Made by a program: the position numbers and the translations under genes. A stretch of DNA of 26,330 nt from a virus (taxonomy: Duplodnaviria; Caudoviricetes): positions 1 through 26,330 of the IMG/VR virus record IMGVR_UViG_3300009180_000191. One strand, given 5' to 3'. Of this stretch, positions 8,256-18,600 are shown piece after piece (position 1 is the first letter of the stretch; the number at the start of each line of letters is the position of its first letter). The notes under the pieces were generated by a model. The model saw only the letters and a program-made list of their open reading frames with translations, was not told where the DNA came from and did no database searches.

Positions 8256-9227
8256 TTATGCCTGCGTGACGCCAAGAGCGCCAAGACGGGTTGCATTCGG
8301 CCCAACAGCCAACGCCGGGAGGGAGATGTTCATAACCAGCCGCTTTTGACCATCAGTCGCGCTAGAAGGAACATACGTCCCGCGCACATCACCAGTAGTG
8401 GTAGTGGCTGTTGCAGTAGCCGCCACGACCAAAGTGCCAGTGTCCGCTGCCAGAGTATTGTCCCAGCCCACTTTGACGGCATACCCACGGTCAATCACGC
8501 GAACGGGAAGACCAATGATGTCAGTCGCCCCAACAGCAACCGTGACTACGGGACTGCCAGAAATCGTGATTCCACTGATCTGGAAGAACGCCTTCTTGCC
8601 GTTCACGGTGGTCGAAGCAACCGCACCAGTAGCAATCACTTCGCTCATAACTTGACCGTAGTAGTCGTAGCCAGAGATGGTGACGTTCCGGGTGGTCGGA
8701 GAACCCGCACCGGTAGTGGTCGAGACTGCACGCGGACAATCCAACTGGACAACCGTAGTGCCATCAGCACGCACCACAGACTGCGTCCCAGCACCAGCGG
8801 TCAGAGTGACAGTGGAGGTGTAGACGCTTGCCGTAGCAATATTGGTGGTCGATTTGACTTCGGGGATAACGTCAAACACATAAACACGACCCAGAGGGCC
8901 GATTCCCACATCCATGGAGGACGGGTCGCTAATCGCCGCATTACCAGACAGATAGAGCGTGGTGCTGGTCGCGGTCGAGGAGGCGCTAACGGTGTAAGTG
9001 CCAATGCCGCCAACACCCGTACCAAACGCCGTAATGTAAGTTCCTGCGGTTACGCTCGTCCCAGTGACAAACTGATTGAGTTGAATCGTATCGCCTGACA
9101 GCAGGGCGGTAACCGTGAGGGTGGTCGTGGCTATTGAGCCAGTGATCGTTGCGCTGACGGGATTGTTGCCAACCCCCATATAACTCTGGGCGGTGCCCAG
9201 ATACAGGTCATCTGAAAACTGAGGCAT
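8256..9227 (-). CDS. Thr/Val-rich virion structural protein
   Basis: Start moved to ATG 9227 (AAGGAG SD; [11 protein letters not shown]); directly downstream of MCP; beta-rich. Confidence 0.75.
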   Translation of the reverse strand: MPQFSDDLYLGTAQSYMGVGNNPVSATITGSIATTTLTVTALLSGDTIQLNQFVTGTSVTAGTYITAFGTGVGGIGTYTVSASSTATSTTLYLSGNAAISDPSSMDVGIGPLGRVYVFDVIPEVKSTTNIATASVYTSTVTLTAGAGTQSVVRADGTTVVQLDCPRAVSTTTGAGSPTTRNVTISGYDYYGQVMSEVIATGAVASTTVNGKKAFFQISGITISGSPVVTVAVGATDIIGLPVRVIDRGYAVKVGWDNTLAADTGTLVVAATATATTTTGDVRGTYVPSSATDGQKRLVMNISLPALAVGPNATRLGALGVTQA

Positions 9228-9260
9228 GGTCTGCTCCTTGAAAAGTTTGACCAAACATCT

Positions 9261-9291
9261 AAAAAATGGGGCTGGGTTTTACCCCAACCCC
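9261..9291 (-). terminator. Rho-independent terminator after major capsid gene
   Basis: Minus strand GGGGTTGGG-GTAAAA-CCCAGCCCC-A-TTTTTT a few nt after the MCP stop; the usual location in phages. Confidence 0.8.
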
Positions 9292-9298
9292 GGCTTGC

Positions 9299-10213
9299 TT
9301 AAACGCCAGCAGTACCGTACATGGCACGCGGGTCGGTAAAGCCAACTTGGTAACGCTCCGTAGCCTTGTAGCGCATGGAGTCCGTCTCAAAGTCGCCTTC
9401 CATCGTCTTCTCCAGCTTACGACGCATCAGCAGCTTCATGCCTTCCGGAGCGTCAGTCTGCACCCAGAATGCGGTGGGCGAGGTCAGACGCGACAGAACA
9501 GCAGCACCTTCATCAAGCAGGCCAATCGACTTGACCGGGTTGATGTCGTTGTTTGCCGTGCCTGCACGCAGAACCGACTTCAGCAGAACTTCCGCTTGGA
9601 ACACATTACCGGGAGCAACAACGAGTTGCTTCGGAACCAAGCGAATTTTCTTACCGTTGTTGTCCACAGCTTGGCGGATCTGAATCAGCATCTGCTCAAG
9701 AGATGTCTGGGACAGGTTCGCGGCGGTGGACAGCAGGTTGCTGAAAGTCCCGCTCACGATAGGGTGGGAGGCACTGTTGAGTGCCACGCCGTCACCACCG
9801 GGATAGGAACTGTTGAACGCACGGTTCAGGATGTTCGCCGACAGGGTCTCTTTGGTCTCAATGAGAGACTGAGCCAAGTGACGCGCATAGACCTGACCGA
9901 TACGGATGTGGTCGCCGTCCTCTACCAGCACTTTCGTCAGAGCAAACGCCAGACCATAGACGTTGTAGACGTAGCGCTGAAGGAACAGAACACCACCCTG
10001 CTGGTACGTTACCGGCGTGCCGTCAGGCAGTTGCGGTGCGGCACCAAAGCCGTAAAGCACCGGCTCTTCGTGGTAGTTACGCGGGATACCTTCTTGCTCA
10101 CGGAAAACCCGTGACCATTCATCGGTGCGCTGATCATAGACTCCATCGAAACATTCGTTGAGGATAGGCTCAACGATGCTCCTAAAGTCCGTACTTCTCA
10201 TTGGTGCGGCCAT
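9299..10213 (-). CDS. Major capsid protein (HK97 fold)
   Basis: 304 aa; 'GFGAAPQLPDG...Y..YGLAFALTKVLVED', 'GDGVAL.S.SHP', 'P..LVV.P', 'DFETDSMRYKATERY..GF.DPR..YG' MCP motifs; AAGGAG SD; biased codon use; terminator downstream. Confidence 0.9.
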   Translation of the reverse strand: MAAPMRSTDFRSIVEPILNECFDGVYDQRTDEWSRVFREQEGIPRNYHEEPVLYGFGAAPQLPDGTPVTYQQGGVLFLQRYVYNVYGLAFALTKVLVEDGDHIRIGQVYARHLAQSLIETKETLSANILNRAFNSSYPGGDGVALNSASHPIVSGTFSNLLSTAANLSQTSLEQMLIQIRQAVDNNGKKIRLVPKQLVVAPGNVFQAEVLLKSVLRAGTANNDINPVKSIGLLDEGAAVLSRLTSPTAFWVQTDAPEGMKLLMRRKLEKTMEGDFETDSMRYKATERYQVGFTDPRAMYGTAGV

Positions 10214-10224
10214 GATTGGACTCC

Positions 10225-10797
10225 TTAGATGGCGTTAATGGTTGCCACGAATTGGCTGCGGCTGATTTGCACGCGGACAATCGGGAATGCGTCACCCCAT
10301 GCATTATCTGCATAGGGGGCTATGTCGAGGATTCGGAAATCCCCAACGGCGGAACTACCTGCCAGCGAGTTTGAAAGAGTCGCCGCAGACAGACCAGTGG
10401 TGGTGCTACCGGCAGTCGCGTTGCTCATGTTCGCCTGATCGCCAATAGAAGTCTGAGCCAGAGTCGCATCGGCTTGGACTTCGTACACGATCTGCGGGTC
10501 GCTGTAGTAATAAGCTACGCACGAACCAGTTTGGAAGGCAGTGTTGGCGAGGAACTGATTGTTGACCAGACGACGGCCAGACGAGTCAGTGTACTCAACG
10601 CCAGCAAACACGCCCTGAAAAGCGCTTCCTGCGGTGGCAATAATTAGCACACCACTGGAGTTCAGGGCAACGGGTTGATTCTTGAGAATCCCAGTGGCAT
10701 AACCACTGGCAATACCGTTTGCGAGTGCAATAGCCCGATCCAGCCCAGAGGGATGGAAGACAGGGCGAAAGCCAAACGGAGCAGATGTCGAAGGCAT
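10225..10797 (-). CDS. Head decoration / cement-like protein
   Basis: 'APFGFRP', 'GVFAGVEY', 'DPQIVYEVQ' motifs typical of the gene preceding this MCP type; AAGGAG SD. Confidence 0.65.
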   Translation of the reverse strand: MPSTSAPFGFRPVFHPSGLDRAIALANGIASGYATGILKNQPVALNSSGVLIIATAGSAFQGVFAGVEYTDSSGRRLVNNQFLANTAFQTGSCVAYYYSDPQIVYEVQADATLAQTSIGDQANMSNATAGSTTTGLSAATLSNSLAGSSAVGDFRILDIAPYADNAWGDAFPIVRVQISRSQFVATINAI

Positions 10798-10826
10798 AAT
10801 CTTTCTCCTTTGTTTCGTTTAATAAC

Positions 10827-11366
10827 CTACCCCGCAAATTGCGGAGCAGGAATCGGTTTGTCCATATCGCCTATACCTTCGCCCTCTATCTGACCCAGAG
10901 ATTTACCTCTGCTATCGCGAGCCACATTACTCTCCGCTTGGCGGCGTATTTTTTCCGCCTCCTCCATCGGAGCCTCATGGTGGAAATGAGCCATCACATC
11001 TTGATACAAATCCGCAGGGATTTTGTACAAGAGCATCTCATTGCACGCAATATAACCTTCGTGTTCTCCAGCCTTTACGCGGTTATTGTCCATGTAGGGC
11101 ATCTCATCCGCTTTCACGGGAACGTACCCCAGTCGAATCCGCTTATCTATGCTGTCATAACCGTTGGTTGTCGATAACCAGCAATGGTGCCATCCCTTAA
11201 CTTCAGGGACTTTAGGCAATGCACTTTGTGTCCATTCATCCTTCCACATCTTGCGACGCTCATCGGATGAAACAAAATTATCTTCTGGTGCGGCACGCGC
11301 TGTATCTTCCAAAGCACGATTTTCCCTGCCACCCGAAGACAGTGATTTCTTTAAGCGAGAATCCAT
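10827..11366 (-). CDS. Conserved head-module protein, function unknown
   Basis: 179-aa ORF tightly packed between scaffold and decoration genes; 'GWHHCWLST...RLGYVPV...LLYKIP'. Confidence 0.7.
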   Translation of the reverse strand: MDSRLKKSLSSGGRENRALEDTARAAPEDNFVSSDERRKMWKDEWTQSALPKVPEVKGWHHCWLSTTNGYDSIDKRIRLGYVPVKADEMPYMDNNRVKAGEHEGYIACNEMLLYKIPADLYQDVMAHFHHEAPMEEAEKIRRQAESNVARDSRGKSLGQIEGEGIGDMDKPIPAPQFAG

Positions 11367-11368
11367 TT

Positions 11369-12337
11369 TTAACCCCTTTGACCGTTACTTTGTTTTGCTT
11401 CCAAGGCGTAGCGTCGAATCATCTTCGCTCGTTTCTCGGCGTCATCCCACATCCCCGCATCTTTCATGGCCCGTACCTGATCGGGTGAAAGGGTGAATGA
11501 ATTACCCCTACCATTAGTTGATGCGTATTCGCGGCCTGAACTTGTTACAGCATTTCTCGGTCTAGAGCGCGGCTTCTCGTCTGCGTAACCAGTATACCTA
11601 TGCGGTATCACCCTTTGCAAGCGTTTGTCAAGTTCTTCCCAATATTCTTCGGTTTTTGGGTCGTAATTCTCTTCCGCGAGGATTTGGTCTTCAATCAACG
11701 CACGCTTGCTGTCCGGATCCCTGCCGTTTGGGTCATACCACGAATTGTTTGCCATCCAATTACTCGCATGGCGCTGCAATTGCGGGTCTGGAGCCTGAAT
11801 TGTGTTCTGACGCTGGGGAGCAACAGAGCGCTTCTTCAAGTCATCTAGGGATTCGTGCTGGCGACGAGCCTCAAACCACATTTCTTGCGCAGAGGTCAGC
11901 AAATCACCGTTTCCGGTCTCTGTAGCCTCTTTGATTTTCTGTTTTGCGAACAAAATCCTCGTTTCTTGGTCTTCCATCGCCTTGTCTAAGCGGGCGAGGT
12001 CGGATCCATAGCTTTTCTTCTCTAAAACAGACAATCTTTCAAGTAATTGCTGGTTTTGACGCTCCAAAATGGTGAGTTTTACGTCTTTTTCGCTAGAGAC
12101 CTGTTTGTGGTACTCCTTTCGGCGGTGTCGTTTTAGGCGCTTCTGCTCGCGAAGAGCCTCCGCATCGACGTCTACCTCCCCACCGGCCCCCATTTCCGCA
12201 TCGCGGGCGCGTTCATCGGCCTCATCTGAGCCGTGTTCCTCCTCAACCTGCGGAGAAGGAATGCTTGACGGCAACTCAATAGTCGCAGAGCCGTCTTTTT
12301 CCTCTTGGATGACAATAACCTCCTGCTCGGCACTCAT
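11369..12337 (-). CDS. Capsid scaffolding-like protein
   Basis: Acidic N-terminus, long coiled coil, C-terminal 'LSPDQVRAMKDAG' helix; upstream of MCP; ATGA coupling. Confidence 0.65.
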   Translation of the reverse strand: MSAEQEVIVIQEEKDGSATIELPSSIPSPQVEEEHGSDEADERARDAEMGAGGEVDVDAEALREQKRLKRHRRKEYHKQVSSEKDVKLTILERQNQQLLERLSVLEKKSYGSDLARLDKAMEDQETRILFAKQKIKEATETGNGDLLTSAQEMWFEARRQHESLDDLKKRSVAPQRQNTIQAPDPQLQRHASNWMANNSWYDPNGRDPDSKRALIEDQILAEENYDPKTEEYWEELDKRLQRVIPHRYTGYADEKPRSRPRNAVTSSGREYASTNGRGNSFTLSPDQVRAMKDAGMWDDAEKRAKMIRRYALEAKQSNGQRG

Positions 12338-12756
12338 ACGAATGCCCGCATATCAAGGGGATTGCCAGTCACTTTGGCGATGACTTCGTGGTCGTTCATA
12401 ATCATAAATTCCACTTGTTCATCCTCTCCATGCCGCACAGTCCAGCGGTCGCCAGTCCATTTAGGTACTCGGAGGAAGTCACCAATTTCACACCAACTGC
12501 CCTCAACCCACGGCTCCATTGAGTCGCGTTTCTTGAACGCCAATGGGCCAATCGACACTACCTTACCTATGGGGTTTTGCGCCCGTTCGGTATCTCGCGT
12601 CTCTTCAGGCAGGATAATTCCGGATTCAGTCATTTTCTTCTTAGCCAATCGCATTTGTACAAGTACGCGAGCGCCTAATGGAATTGCACCGGGGTCTACA
12701 AGAGGAAAGGCTTCCTCTAAATCAGCGGAATTGCCCGCTACCGTGCTTTCACTCAT
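12334..12756 (-). CDS. groES: Co-chaperonin GroES (Cpn10)-like protein
   Basis: 'PLGARVLV...TESGIILP...GKVVSIGP...GD...PKWTG...IMNDHEVIAKV' follows the Cpn10 signature including the mobile loop. ATG 12756 has better SD spacing than 12762. Confidence 0.85.
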   Translation of the reverse strand: MSESTVAGNSADLEEAFPLVDPGAIPLGARVLVQMRLAKKKMTESGIILPEETRDTERAQNPIGKVVSIGPLAFKKRDSMEPWVEGSWCEIGDFLRVPKWTGDRWTVRHGEDEQVEFMIMNDHEVIAKVTGNPLDMRAFV

Positions 12757-12931
12757 TTTCATCTTCCCTTAGAAGATTGTTGATAATTACAAGGGAAGCC
12801 TCAAGCCCTTGATATTCTCCGACATAGCGTTGATAGATCAAAAAGTCTGACGCATTGCCTTCCGCCAGACCCTTTGCTATGTCAGCTTGACGCGCCTTTA
12901 CAGCGCTAATGATGTCGGAGATATACCTCAT
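12749..12931 (-). CDS. Small helical protein (60 aa)
   Basis: ATGA-coupled; 'LAEGNASDF..YQRYVGEYQGL' is typical of the gene before phage GroES. Confidence 0.7.
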   Translation of the reverse strand: MRYISDIISAVKARQADIAKGLAEGNASDFLIYQRYVGEYQGLEASLVIINNLLREDENE

Positions 12932-13107
12932 GCGTTAGACTTTTCAATCCCCTTGTTTTGGGAGAAATTCCCGTGGTCGCTGTTAGCCTTTGGCATAGTC
13001 GCTGTTGATTGCTCTTTCAGTTCATGCCCCGTTACCCATGCGCCTGCGGCAATACGGGTCTTTTGCCTGACTTGCTCCGACTGCTGGTCTTTGTCATTTA
13101 CAGCCAT
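12928..13107 (-). CDS. Small hypothetical protein (59 aa)
   Basis: Read manually: MAVNDKDQQSEQVRQKTRIAAGAWVTGHELKEQSTATMPKANSDHGNFSQNKGIEKSNA; AGGAG SD at end of portal; stop overlaps next ATG. Confidence 0.7.
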   Translation of the reverse strand: MAVNDKDQQSEQVRQKTRIAAGAWVTGHELKEQSTATMPKANSDHGNFSQNKGIEKSNA

Positions 13108-13108
13108 T

Positions 13109-15619
13109 TCATTCTCCTAATTTACGTTGTGCTTCTTGGTTAAGTTTGATTGCGGTTTCTTCCTGCTCTTTGCGCAATTTAACTTCGTCTAAAATCAATT
13201 CCGCGCTCTTGATGCGCTCCTCCGTAAGGTTGTCTTCGGCGTTCATTGCCACCTTGACTTGCAATTCCTTTTCCTTGCTTATCTGCTGGGCTGCAAACTT
13301 CTGCTGATCAAAGCCAAGCCGCGCTTGGTCTGATGCGGAACGGCGCTGGGTCTCTGCCATCGAAGCCTGCAATACAGCCTGCGACTCTCCATCCATCGGC
13401 GGGGCGGGCGGTTTGAATTGCTGCATGACTTGGCCAAGATGCTCCAACGCGGGCAATACGCCCTGAAACACTTGCTGCGAGTCCATCTTTACATGGTCAG
13501 CCGCAACCGCAATTGCCTTGTCGATTTCTTTGGCTACCTTGCTCTCCTCGTACTTGCCTAGCCTGATGTCAGTCCCCGCCGTAACGTAGGTCTGCATCTG
13601 CTGGGTGTACCAGAGCATCATGTGCTGCTTGATATGTTCCAGAACCTGCGGGATAAACTTCGGCGCAATCAGCTTGTTGGATCCAAGCGTCGGGTCTACC
13701 GCAAACGTCAGGTGCGTCTGGATGTGCGCTAACTGGTCTTGGCGCGGATACGCGAAGGCTGGACGGCCCAACGCCATCGCGCTGTTCTCGTCCGCCGCGT
13801 TCAACTCTGCGGGCTTGCCGGTGTTTGGCATCAGTTCGTTGACGTTAGGAACCTTCAACTGCTTGAGCATACGACTCACCACTGCACGCTGGTCAAAGAT
13901 CTGCGGGAACTGCGCCGCCAACTGCATGACCGACTGCATCTGGCTGATGCGCTGGGTCTCGCTAAAGATATGCGGGTCGCTGACAGGCACCACATCGCTG
14001 TTGCGGCGGAAGTCCTCGCGCTTGATGGGAAGTTCCGCGACAATGTCACCACGGCGCTGGTCATCCAGATACCAGCGGTTGATACGCCCAAGAACCTGCA
14101 ACACTCGTCTTTGGCTGTCGTGCAGGCGAGAGTGAATAGCCGAGAACACTACCGCGCCCTGCTCAATCAGCGCCTGCGTCGTGCCCACAGGCATGGTGGA
14201 TTTGGCGTCAGCAATCTTCTCCTCTGCGGTGGTCACCACACCCTTGGCGGCTTCTGTCAACCAGCCCAACAACGAGAACAAGACCGTGGAGGGTGGATTG
14301 AACGGAAGCGCCATTGCCACCTTGCGGATGTCGTCAACCCCAATCCCGCCCTCAATCTCGGTTACCTGCGTAATTTCTATCTCTTGAGACTGCCCAGAAA
14401 CCTTTGCCCCCTTCAGCTTCAGCATGGTCGCGCTGTTGTTGATGTGCGCGGTGTCCAGCAAAGCCCTCAGAGAGCCAGTGGCGGCGGCGGCAAGCCCCCC
14501 AATAAGGTGAGGTAGCCCAATGGCGTAAGCGCCCCGCCAAGGTATGAATTTGAACTCTATGAGCCAATCCAGCTTGGTCATAGTCTCGTCGCCCTCTTCC
14601 CAGTTGCGGTACAAGCCTATAACCTTGTTTTCCAAATCGTCGATCATCAAGACGTATGGAGCGGTCTCTCCCTTGGTAATAGGGTCGTCGTCTAAGTCCA
14701 GCCAAGTGTAGATGTGATAGACGCGACGAAGCCCATCTTCGTTATCCTCAAACTTCTTGCCCTCAATCTTGGCATTAGCCTTCTCGGAGGCGGTCTGCTC
14801 TGGCTCCGTTGTGGCGCGGATGAACGTGATGTCTCGGTACAGACCACGGTTAATCCGTTGCCTGAACTCAAACTCGCTGATGTCTTGCTGCTCTGTGACG
14901 CGCTGTGCGGTATAGAAGTTGGCGGCAGAAAACGGGAGCAGGATGTTGTCGATAGAAACGAATTCAGCGCACGGGCGTTTCTTTTTCTCGTCAAACCACA
15001 TCTTCATAAACTGCGAGCCACCAAGCGGTAGCTGCGTGAGTAACTGCTCTTGCTCGTCGCGAAACTCCTCTATCTGCTCGGTCAACTGCCAGTTGATATA
15101 GTCGCGCTTGCGCTCTGCAACCTCAGTCTTCTCTTCAGTTACATCACCCAGAATCTTGGTCTTGGCAGGCCCGTCAGGCGGGAACATCTCCTTGATGGCG
15201 CGAGCGGCAAAGTCTACGCAGGCTTCTGCCATCATGGGGTGGACAACCTTGCTGGCACCTTGGAACATAGCGCCACCGGGGGCATCCTCTCCCATCCCGG
15301 TACGACGCAGTCCCTCTTCGTACTGCTTATCGCGCTTCTCTCGCGCCTGCCTGTCTTTGTCAATCAAGTCCAAATAACGCATAGACATACTTTCTAGCTT
15401 GCCAATTCCAATCGACTCCTCAGCCAAGTTGGCGTAGAAGTCCTCGTCGTCCATTGGCCCCTTAAAGTCGCCCATGTTTACTACGGCGGAACCGTCCGGA
15501 AGTTCTTCAACTTCTGGCTCCTCTCCCGGCAACAGGTCTACTTCAGCGCTGCCGTCTTCATTCATTTTCAGGCCGTCAATGAAACGTTCTGATTCTGGGT
15601 CAATCGGAAGTTGTGCCAT
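13109..15619 (-). CDS. Portal protein (podovirus/P22-like, long C-terminal coiled coil)
   Basis: 836 aa; 'HPMMAEACVDFAARAIKEMFPPDGP', 'LPLGGSQFMK', 'PVGTTQALIEQG' portal-type motifs; Gln-rich helical C-terminal barrel. Confidence 0.85.
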   Translation of the reverse strand: MAQLPIDPESERFIDGLKMNEDGSAEVDLLPGEEPEVEELPDGSAVVNMGDFKGPMDDEDFYANLAEESIGIGKLESMSMRYLDLIDKDRQAREKRDKQYEEGLRRTGMGEDAPGGAMFQGASKVVHPMMAEACVDFAARAIKEMFPPDGPAKTKILGDVTEEKTEVAERKRDYINWQLTEQIEEFRDEQEQLLTQLPLGGSQFMKMWFDEKKKRPCAEFVSIDNILLPFSAANFYTAQRVTEQQDISEFEFRQRINRGLYRDITFIRATTEPEQTASEKANAKIEGKKFEDNEDGLRRVYHIYTWLDLDDDPITKGETAPYVLMIDDLENKVIGLYRNWEEGDETMTKLDWLIEFKFIPWRGAYAIGLPHLIGGLAAAATGSLRALLDTAHINNSATMLKLKGAKVSGQSQEIEITQVTEIEGGIGVDDIRKVAMALPFNPPSTVLFSLLGWLTEAAKGVVTTAEEKIADAKSTMPVGTTQALIEQGAVVFSAIHSRLHDSQRRVLQVLGRINRWYLDDQRRGDIVAELPIKREDFRRNSDVVPVSDPHIFSETQRISQMQSVMQLAAQFPQIFDQRAVVSRMLKQLKVPNVNELMPNTGKPAELNAADENSAMALGRPAFAYPRQDQLAHIQTHLTFAVDPTLGSNKLIAPKFIPQVLEHIKQHMMLWYTQQMQTYVTAGTDIRLGKYEESKVAKEIDKAIAVAADHVKMDSQQVFQGVLPALEHLGQVMQQFKPPAPPMDGESQAVLQASMAETQRRSASDQARLGFDQQKFAAQQISKEKELQVKVAMNAEDNLTEERIKSAELILDEVKLRKEQEETAIKLNQEAQRKLGE

Positions 15620-15621
15620 AA

Positions 15622-18600
15622 CTATCTCGCTAATTGGTTAGGCTTGCGTTGACGCAAACTAGTTCTTGTTAGGGCAAGCCCACCTGCGCGTTTTTTCTTT
15701 TCTTTTGCCAGCAAATCAGGCGCGGCTACGCCTAGCGCGGCGGCTAATGCTGAGTTCCTGCGCCACGGGTCGAAGGCAGCGAAGCGGGAGCGAATGTTGT
15801 CGGGAGATACCAATGCAACCGTGTCACCAAACTCATCCTCATGCATGACCCCAGAATATCCATGTTTTCTTGCCAACTCATTTCTTAACTTTTGCATTTC
15901 AACAGTTGCATCTGCAATGTCTAATGGATTTTTAGGCAATTCTTGGTTAATTGCTCTTTGCTCTTTCCTAGATGAATTTTTTACCAAATTTCTTAAATCT
16001 CGATCCGATGCGATATTTCCTCTTACTACAAGCGGCATATCTACATTTCCATAATTTGCAGACCTGTCCGGCAACGTAAAAATGCCAGAAAATTTGCCGC
16101 CTTCTTCTATTTTAGAAATAGGTTTATTAGTTGAGTGAACGTAGTTTTCAACAAAACCCATCGCCGCCGCCCTCTGCGCTGCGGTGTTATTCGGCGGCAG
16201 TCCCAATCCGTGCTGCTCTACAGGCAACGCTGCCCGTTGCTGCGCTAGACGCAAGGCTTGCTCTTGCGGAGCGACCATCTTCGTAATTCCCGGCCCCGCA
16301 TTGATAGCCGCCTGCATAACCGCGCCCATGATCTGATCCCGCGTTCCGCCCGTAGCAGGGGTTGGGTACGCCTGCGCCATGTTCTGCCCGAACTGCTGCC
16401 AGTTCTGCGGCATTGTTTCGGCGTATTGCGTCAGCATATTTTCTGCTGGTGCGTTTTGTTTAATTGCTTCAGCTTTTCGCGCCATCAACGGATTGACTGT
16501 CGCAGGACGGCGTGCATCCTCCAGTTCTTTCTCAAGAAGACCGCCAGCATCCATCTTAACAACGCCGCCCTTTGCATAATTCTTCATGGCGTCAATCAGA
16601 TCCTGATGCGTTGTCTTTTCTCCGCCCAACGCATCCCATATTGCATGGTGGGTCAGGTGTTGGTAATGCGGATCAAGCGAAGGATCAATTTTTAGATCCA
16701 TGTTTTTTTGACGCGCAGCAAGACGGTCTACAGCCTCTCGTCCACCCAGACCCTTGCCACGACTCAGCATTGGCCCAACAGAAGCCGTAGGCATGGGCAT
16801 TCCGCTCGTATGCAACCCAATCTGGCGAGCATCGAACGTGGGCAGATCCCCTCGGCCAAGCAAGGATCCAATGAAGCCAGACTTGGCGGCGGCAATCCCT
16901 TTCAACCGTTCAGCAAAGTCCCTGTAGTCGTTTGCATTTCCAGAGATTGCAAGATTTAATTCTGGCGTCATTGAAGGAATTGTTGTGACCGCGTTTGTCA
17001 TCTGGTCAACCAGTTGGTTTTGCTTTCCAAACGGAGCAAACTTCTGGCGAAGATCTTCCAGAGACTTGGGATCAATCTCCCCCTTCTGCGCGGCGTCAAG
17101 ATACCGTTGGCCAGCAGGCGAGCCAAGCCATGTAGCGAACGCGCCCTCTGGCCTTACCTCTTGCGCGTTGGGAACCTTAAGGCCAGTCTTGGTGGCGGTT
17201 GAATGGGACAGCCCTCCGCGACCAATACTCGACTGGGTAATAAGATAAGCCTTCATCAGATCACGATCATTGAGGCTACCGGCAGCGGCCTTCTTCGCCT
17301 GATCCTTCATAAACTGTCCATAACCAGCCTGCACATAATCAGGCACAATCGTTATCGGAACGTCCTTCTTGACGTCCTGCAAGGCTCTCCATTCCCAATC
17401 AGATATCTTGGTGGCGACTGGATCAATATACTCACCAGCAGACTTAATCACCTTTTTAACATTTCCACCCTTGCCAAGCTTTATTGCATTTCCCCGCGCA
17501 TCCATCCGCACTGCGCCACCGTGCTTCATTCCAGAATCAGGATCTCCGCCAATGATGTTGCCGCGTGCATCGTATTTCAGGCGCTTGCCTTCAGACGTAA
17601 TTACATTGTGCAGCCGCTGGATGTCTTCTCCAGTCAGCCATTCGTTATCAGGAACATATTCTCCCGTAGCCTCAATACCGCGCTGTTCGTTGACGTTGAA
17701 TACGTCCCCGTAGCGGCGTAGGCCAGCATTCTGAGGATCACCTACACTACTCCACTTCCCTGACTTCACGAAGTCCTGCACATAGGGCAGGTACTCCTCG
17801 TTGGGGGCGCGGTTGGACTTTCCTTTGACTTGAGTAATTTTTTGAATATCTGGGGGAGCATCACGCAATGCTTGTTGGTATTTTGGTTCTTGCATTAAAC
17901 TATAAATAGTTTTTTCGTACCCAATATCTCCAAAATCAGGGGGCCAACCACCTCCCTCAATTTCAGGATGCATTTTGTGAGCGCGGTCGTGAAGTTCGTT
18001 CTGCATTTCATCTGAAAGTTTATTAAATGCAGGAGTGGGATTTTCTACCCCTACCTCTATCGTTGCATGAGGCTCATTCTTAGCGTCACGCAAGGAATAA
18101 ACCTTGGCATCGCCAGATTTAATTGCATCCCAGCCACCCAGACCATATCCGCTTGAACCGCCGCCCTCTGTAGGCTCGTAGCCCCGGACAGAGTGGCCCA
18201 TCGCGTCAGACTCTGCCTTGAACTGTCCCGGCTTGTTCAACAGCACCCAGCGCATCCCTGTGTCTTTGTATTCCTTGTGAACATCTGTATTCGCCGCATC
18301 TGCAAGACGAGCCTGCTTTATATTGCCCGTCCTCCACTCATTGATCTTGGCCACCCGCTCTACAGCCTGCGGGACAGACAGCCTAGCCAACGCTTCGGGC
18401 TTGAGCATCAGTTCTCGCGGCAGGCCAGACGCCGGGTTAGTCGCGTTGCGCAGTTCATCAATCAGGTGGGGGAAGCCCAGCGTCGAAATGGACGGGTCAT
18501 TGCGTGAGAACCCCGGCAAAGGAGAATTGTTGATGCCATACAGAGGAGTGTCGGGGGATACTTTATTTAGGAACTCCATTCCCGGCTCATCGGGCGTATG

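Noticed and set aside
8246-8305. Track start at 8305 for the GG-rich protein (likewise 9254 for the next gene)
   Set aside because: Strong SD sequences point to ATG 8245 and ATG 9227.
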